A stretch of 64,000 nt of DNA, from the NCBI GenBank assembly GCA_021737275.1, contig JAIPEE010000018.1:8970-72969 (forward strand), in the 5' to 3' direction. Source of the stretch: Desulfobacterales bacterium (GTDB taxonomy: Bacteria > Desulfobacterota > Desulfobacteria > Desulfobacterales > JAIPEE01). A program made the position numbers and the translations under genes. Within the stretch, counting starts at the first letter, position 1, and the number at the start of each line of letters is the position of its first letter. Positions 9,353 through 18,694 of this stretch are shown here, in pieces. The notes beneath the pieces are model-generated. The model had not been told where the DNA came from and did not search any database. It was given only the letters and a program-made list of their open reading frames with translations.

Positions 9353-10879
9353 CTACATCCTTTCCAGAATGGCAATATTTTGCATATGGATAGAAACGGT
9401 CAAATGCTCAAAAAAGATATTCCGTATTCTTCCCTTTATTCTCACAAGCTGACCATGGCTGAGGCCATATACATCATCTTTATTCATATTGAAAATATGA
9501 ATGGACACACCATTAGACACCATTGAAGAAACACTGAATGAACCATCCATATTATCTTCAATTTTATCTATCAACGCAAGAAGCGAGACAGGCTTTCCTT
9601 TCATACTGTCCAGAAATACGGTTCGTTCACCAGGTTCCATATTGCGAATTTCCTGGGAAAAGTCAGAATTTTTTATCTCTTGGTAAACCGGAATTTCTTC
9701 AAAATTCTGATAGCTTTCCATATTTGACTGGTTATTTAGGCACCCATGCAAACCGATTTTTTCTGCAATGCTCCCTGTTTGAGCAATGTCAAAAGGCCGC
9801 CGGCCGTGGGCATTCATAAGGCATGAATCTGCCCCATTTTCCACAAGAAATTTAGCCGTTTTTATTTCGCCGGCTCTAAGTGCCATATGAAGGGGTGTAT
9901 CACCATTATCTGCCTGCATATTTACATCTGCACCTTTTGAAATCAAAATTTTTACCATCGATTTTTTACCGTTAAGTGCGGCAAGATGCAGGGGCGTCCA
10001 GCCATCACTTCTTTTATGATTTACATCAGCACCCATCTCAATCAGGTAGGTCGCCGACATTGTGTTTCCATAAATAGCGGCTTCATGAAGTTTGCTGTTT
10101 TTGGATATAGTAATATTGTGCCATTGCGCCTCCAGGGGCTTCGGATTAAGTTCTCCACCGGACGCTACAAATCTTTTTGACCTTTGAAGCGCTATCAGTT
10201 TGGGAAAAGCAAACATAAATAAACCAATTAGCAGAAGGATTGATATAATTTTGACCTGGTGTTGCCGTTTTTTTTCTGAGGAAAACCTTTGGTTGTAACT
10301 TTTCTCAACAGTAATATCCTGCTCTTCAAGGTATCCGGCAAGGGCCCCGAGCAAAACGCCGCCGACTGATCCTGATAAACAAAATGATACAAAAATTGAA
10401 AGTGTCCCCGGCAACATAAGAAGCGCTGTTGCCCCAAGGATTCCTCCTGAGCCAAAAGCAATACCGCCAATAAATATCAGGGTGGTAATTGAAGCGGAGA
10501 AATGCCGCTTAAGAAGAAAAGGGGTGCCGATGGCACCAGCTATACCATATGCTAAAGAATACCCTGCCAGGGCAGAAACTATTCCGGTTGTGCCGCCTTC
10601 ATAAGCAGCGGCCATGGATACCACAGGAACAGCAAATGCCGGGACAATAAAACCCAACCCAAAAGAAATGCAGCCGGGCATCAGTGAACCCTGTAACTTT
10701 AATCCTGATCCTAAAATATATGCACCGGTTATTCCGGAAAGCATAAAGCCTGAAATTGGGCCGGTAAAACCACCGAACGGAGATATTGGCAAAAAAAGAG
10801 ACCCCAATATACAGAAAATGCTGCCTGCAGCAAATCCATATAAGCCATGAAACGCATATAGGGTTGAATATCTCTTCAC
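9353..10879 (-). CDS. Polytopic membrane protein with ankyrin repeats and unknown C-terminal domain
   Basis: The N-terminal ~190 aa consists of Gly-rich TM helices, with a further TM at about aa 210-230. At least three ANK repeats follow (GWTPLHLAALNGKKSMVKILISKGADVN, GDTPLHMALRAGEIKTAKFLVENGAD). Confidence 0.8.
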   Translation of the reverse strand: MKRYSTLYAFHGLYGFAAGSIFCILGSLFLPISPFGGFTGPISGFMLSGITGAYILGSGLKLQGSLMPGCISFGLGFIVPAFAVPVVSMAAAYEGGTTGIVSALAGYSLAYGIAGAIGTPFLLKRHFSASITTLIFIGGIAFGSGGILGATALLMLPGTLSIFVSFCLSGSVGGVLLGALAGYLEEQDITVEKSYNQRFSSEKKRQHQVKIISILLLIGLFMFAFPKLIALQRSKRFVASGGELNPKPLEAQWHNITISKNSKLHEAAIYGNTMSATYLIEMGADVNHKRSDGWTPLHLAALNGKKSMVKILISKGADVNMQADNGDTPLHMALRAGEIKTAKFLVENGADSCLMNAHGRRPFDIAQTGSIAEKIGLHGCLNNQSNMESYQNFEEIPVYQEIKNSDFSQEIRNMEPGERTVFLDSMKGKPVSLLALIDKIEDNMDGSFSVSSMVSNGVSIHIFNMNKDDVYGLSHGQLVRIKGRIRNIFFEHLTVSIHMQNIAILERM

Positions 10880-10943
10880 AAGTTACCCGCTATTTTGGGT
10901 ATTGACTGAAGTTATCAATTTTCTGAGCTATTTGCCGTGTCTT

Positions 10944-11957
10944 TTATTTAAAAAATTCCTTAAACACCAGAATGGTTCTCCGGATATCCTCCTCATTGAT
11001 ATCAAGATGCGTTACCAGCCTTATTGTCTCATCACCCCAAATCAAAATCCCTTTTTGTGCAAGATGTTCAGAAAGTGAAACAGCATAATCTTTGGCCGCT
11101 TCAAGAAAAACCATATTGGTCTGTGCCGTTGTATAATTGACTTGCAGTTCCTCAATCTCTTCCAGACCCTTTGCTAAAATCAATGCATTTTCATGATCCT
11201 CTGCCAGTCTTTCGACATGGTTTTTCAATGCATATACGCCTGCTGCCGCCAATATGCCGACCTGCCGCATACCACCACCCAGAACTTTTCGCCATCGACG
11301 TGCTGATTGAATAACTTGATTTGTGCCGCAAAGCACGGAACCGACCGGTGAACCAAGCCCTTTTGAAAGGCACACGGATATCGAGTCGAAATGTTTTGCT
11401 ATCTCTTTTGCGGAAACATTTTCTTTTACTGCGGCATTAAAAATACGGGCACCGTCCAGATGCAGGCTCAGACCATATTTTTCTGTAAAAGATTTTGCTT
11501 TATAAAAATAATCCATCGGCAATGCCAGGCCATTGTGTGTATTTTCAAGGCATAATAATTTTGTACGGGCAAAGTGAAAATCATCCGGTTTAACAGCAGC
11601 TGCAACCTGTTTAAGGTCAAACGTTCCGTCTTCTCTGAAATCCAGAGGTTGCGGCTGAATGGCGCCCAGGACGGCTGCCCCGCCGCCTTCATACTTATAG
11701 ATATGGGCTTTTTGTCCGACAATATACTCATCTCCCCGTGAACAGTGACTCATCAACGCCAGCAGATTACTCTGCGTCCCACTGGATGCAAATATCGCCG
11801 ATTCCGTACCCAGCATTTCTGTAGAAAGCCGTTCAAGTTCATTGACGGTGGGGTCTTCACCATAAACATCATCACCCACTTCGGCTTCAAACATTGCTGT
11901 CCGCATAGCTTTCGTGGGTCTGGTTACCGTATCACTTCTTAAATCGATATATTTCAT
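10944..11957 (-). CDS. ltaE: Low-specificity L-threonine aldolase
   Basis: IDLRSDTVTRPTKAMRTAM..GDDVYGEDPTVNELE and the 337-aa length are typical of the LtaE/beta-eliminating lyase family. Confidence 0.85.
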   Translation of the reverse strand: MKYIDLRSDTVTRPTKAMRTAMFEAEVGDDVYGEDPTVNELERLSTEMLGTESAIFASSGTQSNLLALMSHCSRGDEYIVGQKAHIYKYEGGGAAVLGAIQPQPLDFREDGTFDLKQVAAAVKPDDFHFARTKLLCLENTHNGLALPMDYFYKAKSFTEKYGLSLHLDGARIFNAAVKENVSAKEIAKHFDSISVCLSKGLGSPVGSVLCGTNQVIQSARRWRKVLGGGMRQVGILAAAGVYALKNHVERLAEDHENALILAKGLEEIEELQVNYTTAQTNMVFLEAAKDYAVSLSEHLAQKGILIWGDETIRLVTHLDINEEDIRRTILVFKEFFK

Positions 11958-12085
11958 TTTACAATCCTACCCTCCGGAATATGGGCCGTCATATGTATCC
12001 GTCAGTGTGCGATGCTTAAATAGAAAGAATTCAAACAAACCCGCTTATGCCCTATAAAGAAAGATTACCAAAAGCATCATAGCCT

Positions 12086-12781
12086 TTACTTTTTATCATT
12101 TTGCCATGGCTTCAATCGCATTGGTTCAAAAAATGGCGCCTGGTCAGGGCTTTTTTCCAGTATCTCATTCGCATCTGCGTATAACGCATCCATCTGTTTC
12201 TGTGATTCCGGTGTTGTCTTAAAAAAATCTGAATTAATTATATCACATATTATTTTTACAGCGTGATCGACAGAAATTTTATTGATATTTATAACCAGAT
12301 CATACATCCGGGAATCCCATGTATCGATACCATATAATTTCCGGCCCCACTTTTGCCGCTCCTCATCAACGCCCACAACCTGATTTTTTGCCTCTTCTTC
12401 AGATATTTTTTCCCGTTCCATCATACACTTAACCCTGTAGCTCATATCTGCACAAATTCTTATCTTCATTACATGAGGAATATCTTTCACGAAAAAATGA
12501 CCGGCAAAACCGTGATAGACCATATTATCTTTTACCAGATATTTTAATATTTCAGCCCGAATATAATTGATGTATCGATCACGGCCAAAGGTAAATCGCT
12601 CAAGCACTCTGGGGGCATCATGAATGGCGCGGGTAAGTTTTATTTCAGGAACATTAAATTTTTTAGATACATCCAGAAGAACTTCACGTGAGATACACTC
12701 ATAACCGAGTTTTTCAGCTACCTTTTCCGCCACAACACCGCCGTGTGTAAATGAACCCCTTGAAATGGTAATAATAGACAT
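12086..12781 (-). CDS. Cytidylate kinase-like family protein
   Basis: The N-terminus MSIITISRGSFTHGG and the ~230-aa length resemble the AAA/cytidylate-kinase-like family. The P-loop is degenerate. Confidence 0.6.
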   Translation of the reverse strand: MSIITISRGSFTHGGVVAEKVAEKLGYECISREVLLDVSKKFNVPEIKLTRAIHDAPRVLERFTFGRDRYINYIRAEILKYLVKDNMVYHGFAGHFFVKDIPHVMKIRICADMSYRVKCMMEREKISEEEAKNQVVGVDEERQKWGRKLYGIDTWDSRMYDLVININKISVDHAVKIICDIINSDFFKTTPESQKQMDALYADANEILEKSPDQAPFFEPMRLKPWQNDKK

Positions 12782-12877
12782 ATCCGGCCTCCTTAATTTT
12801 CAGGCAATCATGCCTGAAGATATATTTGTGACCCAATCTCCTTTTATCATACTTAAAAAAAATACCGGGTCCTGCAC

Positions 12878-13666
12878 TTATCCTTTCAGCAACTTTAAAG
12901 CCTTTGCAACAGACATCCCGTTATGCACCATTTCACTGGCAACCCTTACAAACAGTTCCGGATTTTCATGCTGAAATGCATTTCGCCCCATAGATAATCC
13001 TGCTGCGCCGGCTTTCATAGCGCCCTCAATCATCTTGAGTGTCTCTTCATCACTCATCTTGGAACCACCGGCGATAACGACCGGTACCGGACATCCTTTC
13101 ACAACCTCCTCAAACGATTCAGCACTTCCGGTATAAGGACACTTTATAATGTCTGCACCAAGCTCTGCCCCAACCCTTGCAACAAGCTTTACTGTTTCCA
13201 GATTTTCCTTAACCTGGCTGCCCCGGGGATACATCATTGCAAGCAATGGCAATCCCCAGCGGTTACACTCTTTTGCCGTTTTGCCGAGCGATTCCAGCAT
13301 AATTGATTCTGCGCCGGATCCGATATTAACATGAACCGATACGGCATCCGCACCCAGAGACAATGCTTCTTCAACATCACAGACCGAAATTTTCATGTTT
13401 GATTTCGGACTGAGTGATGTAGATGCCGAAAGATGAATAATCAGACCGATATCCGTATCTTCTGTTCTGTTTGTTGAAGTGACGATGCCTTTATGAACGA
13501 CAGTAGCATTGGCGCCGCCACGAATAATCATATTGACCGTTTTGTCGATATCCTCAAGACCTGGAATGGGCCCCACAGTGACGCCATGATCCATAGGTAC
13601 AATAACGGTTTTCCCTGACACCCTGTTTAAAATTCTTTTAATTCTTATTTGTTTTCCTACATTCAT
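12878..13666 (-). CDS. Class I aldolase of the DhnA/FbaB family (2-amino-3,7-dideoxy-D-threo-hept-6-ulosonate synthase-like)
   Basis: The ORF is 262 aa. Motifs VIVPMDHGVT, GADAVSVHVNIG and ADIIKCPYTG (Schiff-base Lys context) match archaeal-type AroA'/FbaB/LsrF aldolases. Confidence 0.7.
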   Translation of the reverse strand: MNVGKQIRIKRILNRVSGKTVIVPMDHGVTVGPIPGLEDIDKTVNMIIRGGANATVVHKGIVTSTNRTEDTDIGLIIHLSASTSLSPKSNMKISVCDVEEALSLGADAVSVHVNIGSGAESIMLESLGKTAKECNRWGLPLLAMMYPRGSQVKENLETVKLVARVGAELGADIIKCPYTGSAESFEEVVKGCPVPVVIAGGSKMSDEETLKMIEGAMKAGAAGLSMGRNAFQHENPELFVRVASEMVHNGMSVAKALKLLKG

Positions 13667-13722
13667 TTTTTCATCTCCACTTAATGGTTAGTAATCATCA
13701 TATATTCTTTCCATAATAAATT

Positions 13723-14166
13723 TTAGGGGTGGAGTAATTTAAACCCCAGGTCAGAATCGGTGATTCGTCTTGCGGTTGTATCAATCAGTTCAAATAAAAT
13801 AACTTCCATAATCTGCCATACATTGACACCGCTCCGTATGCAGCCCGTTATTGTCTCCCGGTTCCTCCCGCAAGCCATGTGCATATGGATAACAGGATTT
13901 CCGTTTTCATCCGGAAACAGTGTTCCCGTCCCTGAGATTTCATGAACATTGCCCAGAATGTGTGTCATCGGGCTAATCGGTCTGACGCTTCCATTCTCAG
14001 GACCAACAACCAGTTTGCTGTTTTTGTTCGCACCGCCGACAATAACCAATGCCGCTGCAGAAACAGATTGTTCTCTGGCAAACTTTTCAATTTCTTCATG
14101 AACAATTTCATTATCTTCCAGCCGGATTACAAAAACACGACCCTGCTTTACTTCTGAAAATTTCAT
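13723..14166 (-). CDS. PPC (DUF296) domain protein
   Basis: The ORF is 147 aa. The pattern GRVFVIRLEDNEIVHEEIEKFA...ISGTGTL resembles PCC/DUF296 proteins. This call rests on recollection only. Confidence 0.55.
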   Translation of the reverse strand: MKFSEVKQGRVFVIRLEDNEIVHEEIEKFAREQSVSAAALVIVGGANKNSKLVVGPENGSVRPISPMTHILGNVHEISGTGTLFPDENGNPVIHMHMACGRNRETITGCIRSGVNVWQIMEVILFELIDTTARRITDSDLGFKLLHP

Positions 14167-14194
14167 TTTAGATAATTTATTCCAGTATTATGAG

Positions 14195-15094
14195 CTATAG
14201 TAAATTATACAATATCGGAAGCGTAAAAAAGGATGCCACAATGCCAAGACCGACCAGCGCCGCCGTTAACCGGGGTGATAAGCCTGCAATTATTGCCAGG
14301 GCGCCTGCCGAAACCATAGGCGGCATCCCTGCTTCAAATACAGATACACGAGCTGCTTCACTGTCAATCTTCAGAATTAGACATATCAATAATGCGGTCA
14401 TCGGTGCAACTACCAGTTTTAAAAGCAGTCCGATTCCCAATGGAACGATTGATTTCAAATCAAGTTTTAACGTCAGCTGAAAACCTACTGCAATCATTAC
14501 CACAGGGACCAGTGTTGATGCAAGGGAAGCCAGGAGCGAATCAAGCCAGGAAGGATACGTATAATTTCCTGCAAACATAAAGCCGGCCAGAAGTGCAATA
14601 AAGGGCGGAAAAGAGAGAATTCGCAATAAAATATTCATAAAACCGGGTTTTTCTCCGCCACTATATAAAGCCAGGACAACCGAACCATAGGTGGCAAATG
14701 CCAGAAAAGACCCAAGCTGATCATAAACAACCGCATATGGAACGCCTGATCTGCCAAAGAATGCCTGCACCATGGGTATCCCCAGAAAAGAGGTGTTCCC
14801 CAGGGGGACAAGCAGCATCAGAGCACCGGTTATATTTCTATGCCATCCCATTATCCTGGAAAGGAGTAAAACAATTAATGCCGAGGTCAGGACCATAATC
14901 CAGGGCATTAATGTCGGGACCAGCAGATGTTTTGAAAAAGCCAGTTTCGGAACCTCAATAAGTATCAATGCGGGCAGAGAAACATATATCACAAAAAGGT
15001 TCAGCGAATTTGCTGTTTCCCTGGGAAACGCCGGCAACCTTTTCAATACCATGCCGATCAGCAGGTAAGATATGGTAAGAATAAAATTATCCAT
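14195..15094 (-). CDS. AEC (auxin efflux carrier) family transporter
   Basis: The protein is polytopic. I moved the start to ATG 15094 (MDNFILTISYLLIG...), which forms a TAATG overlap with the upstream MBL gene's stop codon. The track's start was 15121. Confidence 0.75.
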   Translation of the reverse strand: MDNFILTISYLLIGMVLKRLPAFPRETANSLNLFVIYVSLPALILIEVPKLAFSKHLLVPTLMPWIMVLTSALIVLLLSRIMGWHRNITGALMLLVPLGNTSFLGIPMVQAFFGRSGVPYAVVYDQLGSFLAFATYGSVVLALYSGGEKPGFMNILLRILSFPPFIALLAGFMFAGNYTYPSWLDSLLASLASTLVPVVMIAVGFQLTLKLDLKSIVPLGIGLLLKLVVAPMTALLICLILKIDSEAARVSVFEAGMPPMVSAGALAIIAGLSPRLTAALVGLGIVASFFTLPILYNLL

Positions 15095-15792
15095 TACATC
15101 AGCGACAACATAGATTTCCAACGATCATATTCTGTTTTGACCGGCAGGTCTCTCTTTTTCAAAATTGAAATTATCTTTTCATCATTAAATCTTAAAAACG
15201 GATCCACCCGCATCTCATCTTCAAGGGTCGCAAAAACATGATCCGGATCATACGCCTGCAAATATGGATCGAGGTGTTCGTTGTCCGGATCCAGCGACCG
15301 TGCAAACTCAATATACTCTTCAACGTAGTCATGTCCGGCATAAATAATGGTATTTTCCGGAAAAGCCATAATTGTTTTGATAGCTTTATAAAACGCCTTG
15401 ATATCTCCGGTAAAACAACGGCCGATTTTCCCGTTAAAGATGGTATCACCGGAAACAAGAATATTGTCGAAATAGAAACATATGGAATCCGGAGTATGGC
15501 CGGGCGTATGAAGGGTACCGATTTTTTCTCCGTCAATTTCTACAGTTTCCTTTTTTAACAGTGTCGATATATCCAGAAATTCGGCATCTGTCTGTTTGAG
15601 CAAAGATTGATTACCAACAGTATGGTCCAGGTGAGTATGGGTATTAGCAACATATTTAAGTTCAAGGTTGCTCTGATTGATAAATGAGAGAATATTACTA
15701 ACAGCCCCACCGTCTATCGCCATAGCTGATTTATTGCCATAAACCACATAGCCCAGATTATCTGCAGAATATCTGAATTGTTTGATGTTCAT
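15094..15792 (-). CDS. MBL-fold metallo-hydrolase (glyoxalase II-like)
   Basis: The THTHLDH metal motif, HTPGHTPDS and GHDY are present in a 232-aa ORF. Confidence 0.8.
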   Translation of the reverse strand: MNIKQFRYSADNLGYVVYGNKSAMAIDGGAVSNILSFINQSNLELKYVANTHTHLDHTVGNQSLLKQTDAEFLDISTLLKKETVEIDGEKIGTLHTPGHTPDSICFYFDNILVSGDTIFNGKIGRCFTGDIKAFYKAIKTIMAFPENTIIYAGHDYVEEYIEFARSLDPDNEHLDPYLQAYDPDHVFATLEDEMRVDPFLRFNDEKIISILKKRDLPVKTEYDRWKSMLSLM

Positions 15793-15808
15793 GTAAGCGC
15801 TCTTCCTT

Positions 15809-16267
15809 TTAATTTTTTTTTAGGTTTTCAGTGATCTCTTTTATACGGATGGAAATATCTCTCACATTCATTTTCCGGTTATCTACCCACCATTTTGCAA
15901 CTGTTTGTTCCTGCCACTCTTTAAAAAACCGTTCAAAAGCCTTTTCTGAAAGTTCCTTTTCTTCATCATTTATAAAAGAGAGACTCTGCTGCAAATATTT
16001 AACCTTATTTATAAGCTCCCCCCTTACCTTAACACCCCATGAAATCATCTTCCGGGTCCCTGTAAGTTCCGGCAACCCTATCTCCTTATGCGCTTTAGTC
16101 AGTTCTTCCGTCTGTTTGCTGAAATAGGCTTTTTTACACTTTTCACAATACCAGTCCTTTTTAGCGGCCACAAACAGGTTTTTATCGTGGCTGTCAAAAA
16201 GCTGAACCTTGAAAATGGTACGACATGTACGGCATCTTACATCATAATCATATGTTTCTTCAGTCAT
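15809..16267 (-). CDS. Hypothetical protein with N-terminal CxxC...CxxC zinc ribbon
   Basis: The CRTCRT ... CEKCKK pair is followed by a helical, Lys/Glu-rich tail. I do not recognise a family. Confidence 0.5.
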   Translation of the reverse strand: MTEETYDYDVRCRTCRTIFKVQLFDSHDKNLFVAAKKDWYCEKCKKAYFSKQTEELTKAHKEIGLPELTGTRKMISWGVKVRGELINKVKYLQQSLSFINDEEKELSEKAFERFFKEWQEQTVAKWWVDNRKMNVRDISIRIKEITENLKKN

Positions 16268-16344
16268 AATTCATTAACGGGCCCATGGGTAGCCCGGCAC
16301 CTTTCAATGTTAAAAATAATGGTTGGTAAAAATCAAACACATTC

Positions 16345-16373
16345 TTGACATATACCGTTCGATGGATTAAAAA
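16345..16373 (+). promoter_or_regulatory. Candidate sigma-70 promoter upstream of the cytochrome pair
   Basis: TTGACA (16345-16350), a 17-nt spacer, then TAAAAA (16368-16373), about 145 nt upstream of the 16517 start. This is a pattern match only. Confidence 0.3.
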
Positions 16374-16516
16374 TAAATATCTTTTTTTGTTCAACTTATT
16401 CCAGCCAAAATTAACCATTTATAATGGGAATTTTGTTACTACACCCTTTTAGCATGTTATGGAATCTCCATCATATTAAGAAAACAGTTTTTTTGCATTG
16501 CTGATCTGGAGGGATA

Positions 16517-17110
16517 ATGGCTCAGGAAAATAAAGTGCCTCATGTACACAAAAAGCGTAAGACATTTATTAAGCCTGCCGTTTTCATTATTATCGGGATT
16601 ATTATCGCTTTCCCCATCTTCAGTATGACCTATTATACAATGGTACGTACCTCTACCCCTCAATTCTGTGCGTCATGCCATGAAATCCAACCCGCTTATG
16701 ATGCATGGAAAACATCAAGCCATGCCAATAATGCCCAGGGCTTTGTTGCGGACTGTATGGACTGCCATCTGCCGGCCCCACATGAAACCATAGATTTCTT
16801 TTACGCCAAAACAATTCACGGCATTAAAGATGTCGTCGCCCACTTTGTGGGGGAGGAATATGACCGGGCTGAAATGCGTGAACTGGCTTACCGTAGCATT
16901 AAAAATTCCCAGTGCATGAAATGCCACCGGAATTTACTCTATATCCCGGATAAACGCGGAGCCATGCTGGCTCATCGTACCGTTATTTACCCTGTTGACG
17001 GTAATGAAAAACGGTGTACGGACTGCCATCGCAATCTGGTTCATATCCCTAAAGAAACTTATAATTACAAACAGTATGCATCTGAACCATACAGGGGACT
17101 GGGGCTTTAA
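16517..17110 (+). CDS. NapC/NirT/NrfH family membrane-anchored tetrahaem cytochrome c
   Basis: There is an N-terminal TM helix and four CXXCH sites (CASCH, CMDCH, CMKCH, CTDCH). GGAGGG precedes the ATG. Confidence 0.85.
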   Translation: MAQENKVPHVHKKRKTFIKPAVFIIIGIIIAFPIFSMTYYTMVRTSTPQFCASCHEIQPAYDAWKTSSHANNAQGFVADCMDCHLPAPHETIDFFYAKTIHGIKDVVAHFVGEEYDRAEMRELAYRSIKNSQCMKCHRNLLYIPDKRGAMLAHRTVIYPVDGNEKRCTDCHRNLVHIPKETYNYKQYASEPYRGLGL

Positions 17111-17182
17111 TTAAATGAAAACCTGTCAGCATTGTTGACTGAAATTTTTCAATATTAACATAAACAAAAGGAGGCGTCCAAA

Positions 17183-18580
17183 ATGAAAAGGGTCTTACCG
17201 GTATTGGCATTGATAGTCGGTCTTGGAGTGCTGTCTTATGCCGCAGGTGACGCACTCGCTCAATCGGATCTTTCGAAGGAAAAAGAGTTCAGAATTGAGC
17301 GCAGCATGTCGAAAGAGGCCATGGCATGTCTCGATTGCCATAAACGTGAACATCCCGGACTGTTTGCAGACTGGGCCAACAGCCGGCACGCCAGTGCCAA
17401 TATTACCTGTCTGGACTGCCATCAGGCCGAAGAACATGATGGTGATGTGAGCCGGGAGCATTACAAACAGTATGAGCGATCCGACACAAAGTTCGGCACC
17501 AAAGAATATAAAACACCGGTTACAGCAGTCGTCACGCCAAAGGACTGCTCCCGCTGTCATCCGGATGAAGCCAAACAATATAGCAGGAGCAAGCATGCCA
17601 ACACCATGGAAATCATCTGGAAAATAGACCCGTGGCTGAATAAAGGAATGAATAGTGATTTTGAGCGTGCTGCAGGCTGCTATCATTGCCACGGAACAAT
17701 CCTGAAAACTGATGAGAACGGCAAACTTGATTCTGAAACATGGCCGAATGTCGGTGTGGGCAGAGTCAATCTTGACGGCAGTCTGGGCAGTTGTTCAAGT
17801 TGTCATACGCGCCATCGTTTTTCTGTAATGGAAGCCCGAAAACCTGAAGCCTGCGGCCAGTGTCACCTCGGACCTGACCATCCCCAGATAGAGATCTACA
17901 TGGAATCCAAACATGGTGATATTTACACCGCATTTGGCGATGAATATAACTGGAATTCCGCTCCCGGCACATGGACAGCCGGTGTTGATTTCAGAGGGCC
18001 GACATGCGCATCATGTCATATGTCCGGTTCCGGTACGATTATGACATCCCATGATGTAACCGAAAGACTCTCATGGGAACTTCAGGCACCACTGACCATT
18101 CGTCCGGAAGATTTCCCGGCATTTCCGGCTAAAACGGATTGGAAAGTTGAGCGCAGCAAAATGCAGGAAGTTTGTATGCAGTGCCATGGAAAGACCTGGG
18201 TGGAAGATCATTATTACAAACTGGACAGGGTAGTTGAAGAATATAATGAGGTTTACTTCAAACCGGCTAAAGAGATGCTGGGCACATTATATGAAAAAGG
18301 CCTGCTTGATGAAACAAGGTTCTTTGATGAACGCCTGGAGGTTGAATATTATGAACTCTGGCACCATGAGGGCCGGCGAGCAAGAATGGGTACGGCCATG
18401 ATGGCACCTGATTATGCCTGGTGGCACGGCTTTTACGAGTGTAAAAAGCGTTACAGCAACTTTATGGAAGAGGCCAGGGAGCTGATTGAGCATGGCAAAC
18501 CGGCATATAAAGCCGAAGACTTTCCGAATGCGACCGGAAGTACTGAAAAACCGCCAATGCTTTTCCCTGACGGTAAATAA
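17183..18580 (+). CDS. Periplasmic octahaem cytochrome c, hydroxylamine-oxidoreductase (HAO)-like
   Basis: There is a signal peptide (..SYAAGDALA) and eight CXXCH sites (CLDCH x2, CSRCH, CYHCH, CSSCH, CGQCH, CASCH, CMQCH). The CGQCHLGPDHPQIEIYMESKHG and WHHEGRRARMG blocks resemble HAO-family proteins. Confidence 0.75.
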   Translation: MKRVLPVLALIVGLGVLSYAAGDALAQSDLSKEKEFRIERSMSKEAMACLDCHKREHPGLFADWANSRHASANITCLDCHQAEEHDGDVSREHYKQYERSDTKFGTKEYKTPVTAVVTPKDCSRCHPDEAKQYSRSKHANTMEIIWKIDPWLNKGMNSDFERAAGCYHCHGTILKTDENGKLDSETWPNVGVGRVNLDGSLGSCSSCHTRHRFSVMEARKPEACGQCHLGPDHPQIEIYMESKHGDIYTAFGDEYNWNSAPGTWTAGVDFRGPTCASCHMSGSGTIMTSHDVTERLSWELQAPLTIRPEDFPAFPAKTDWKVERSKMQEVCMQCHGKTWVEDHYYKLDRVVEEYNEVYFKPAKEMLGTLYEKGLLDETRFFDERLEVEYYELWHHEGRRARMGTAMMAPDYAWWHGFYECKKRYSNFMEEARELIEHGKPAYKAEDFPNATGSTEKPPMLFPDGK

Positions 18581-18600
18581 TATAAAAACCGCATAAAAAT

Positions 18601-18646
18601 ATTAAGTCCCCTGTAACGAAAGTTGCAGGGGACTTAATATTTTTCA
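18601..18646. terminator. Bidirectional intrinsic terminator between convergent genes
   Basis: A 13-bp perfect stem joins attaagtcccctg (18601-18613) and caggggacttaat (18626-18638). An inner aac/gtt extension closes a GAAA loop. The hairpin is flanked by aaaaat upstream and atttttc downstream. Confidence 0.7.
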
Positions 18647-18694
18647 AAGATTTTCTCAACCGTTTTTTATTTGCATGCCGGCATGTTTTGCCGT

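Noticed and set aside
17195-17692. A 165-aa minus-strand ORF inside the octahaem cytochrome gene.
   Set aside because: The + strand frame carries eight CXXCH motifs and a signal peptide. The antisense frame has nothing comparable.
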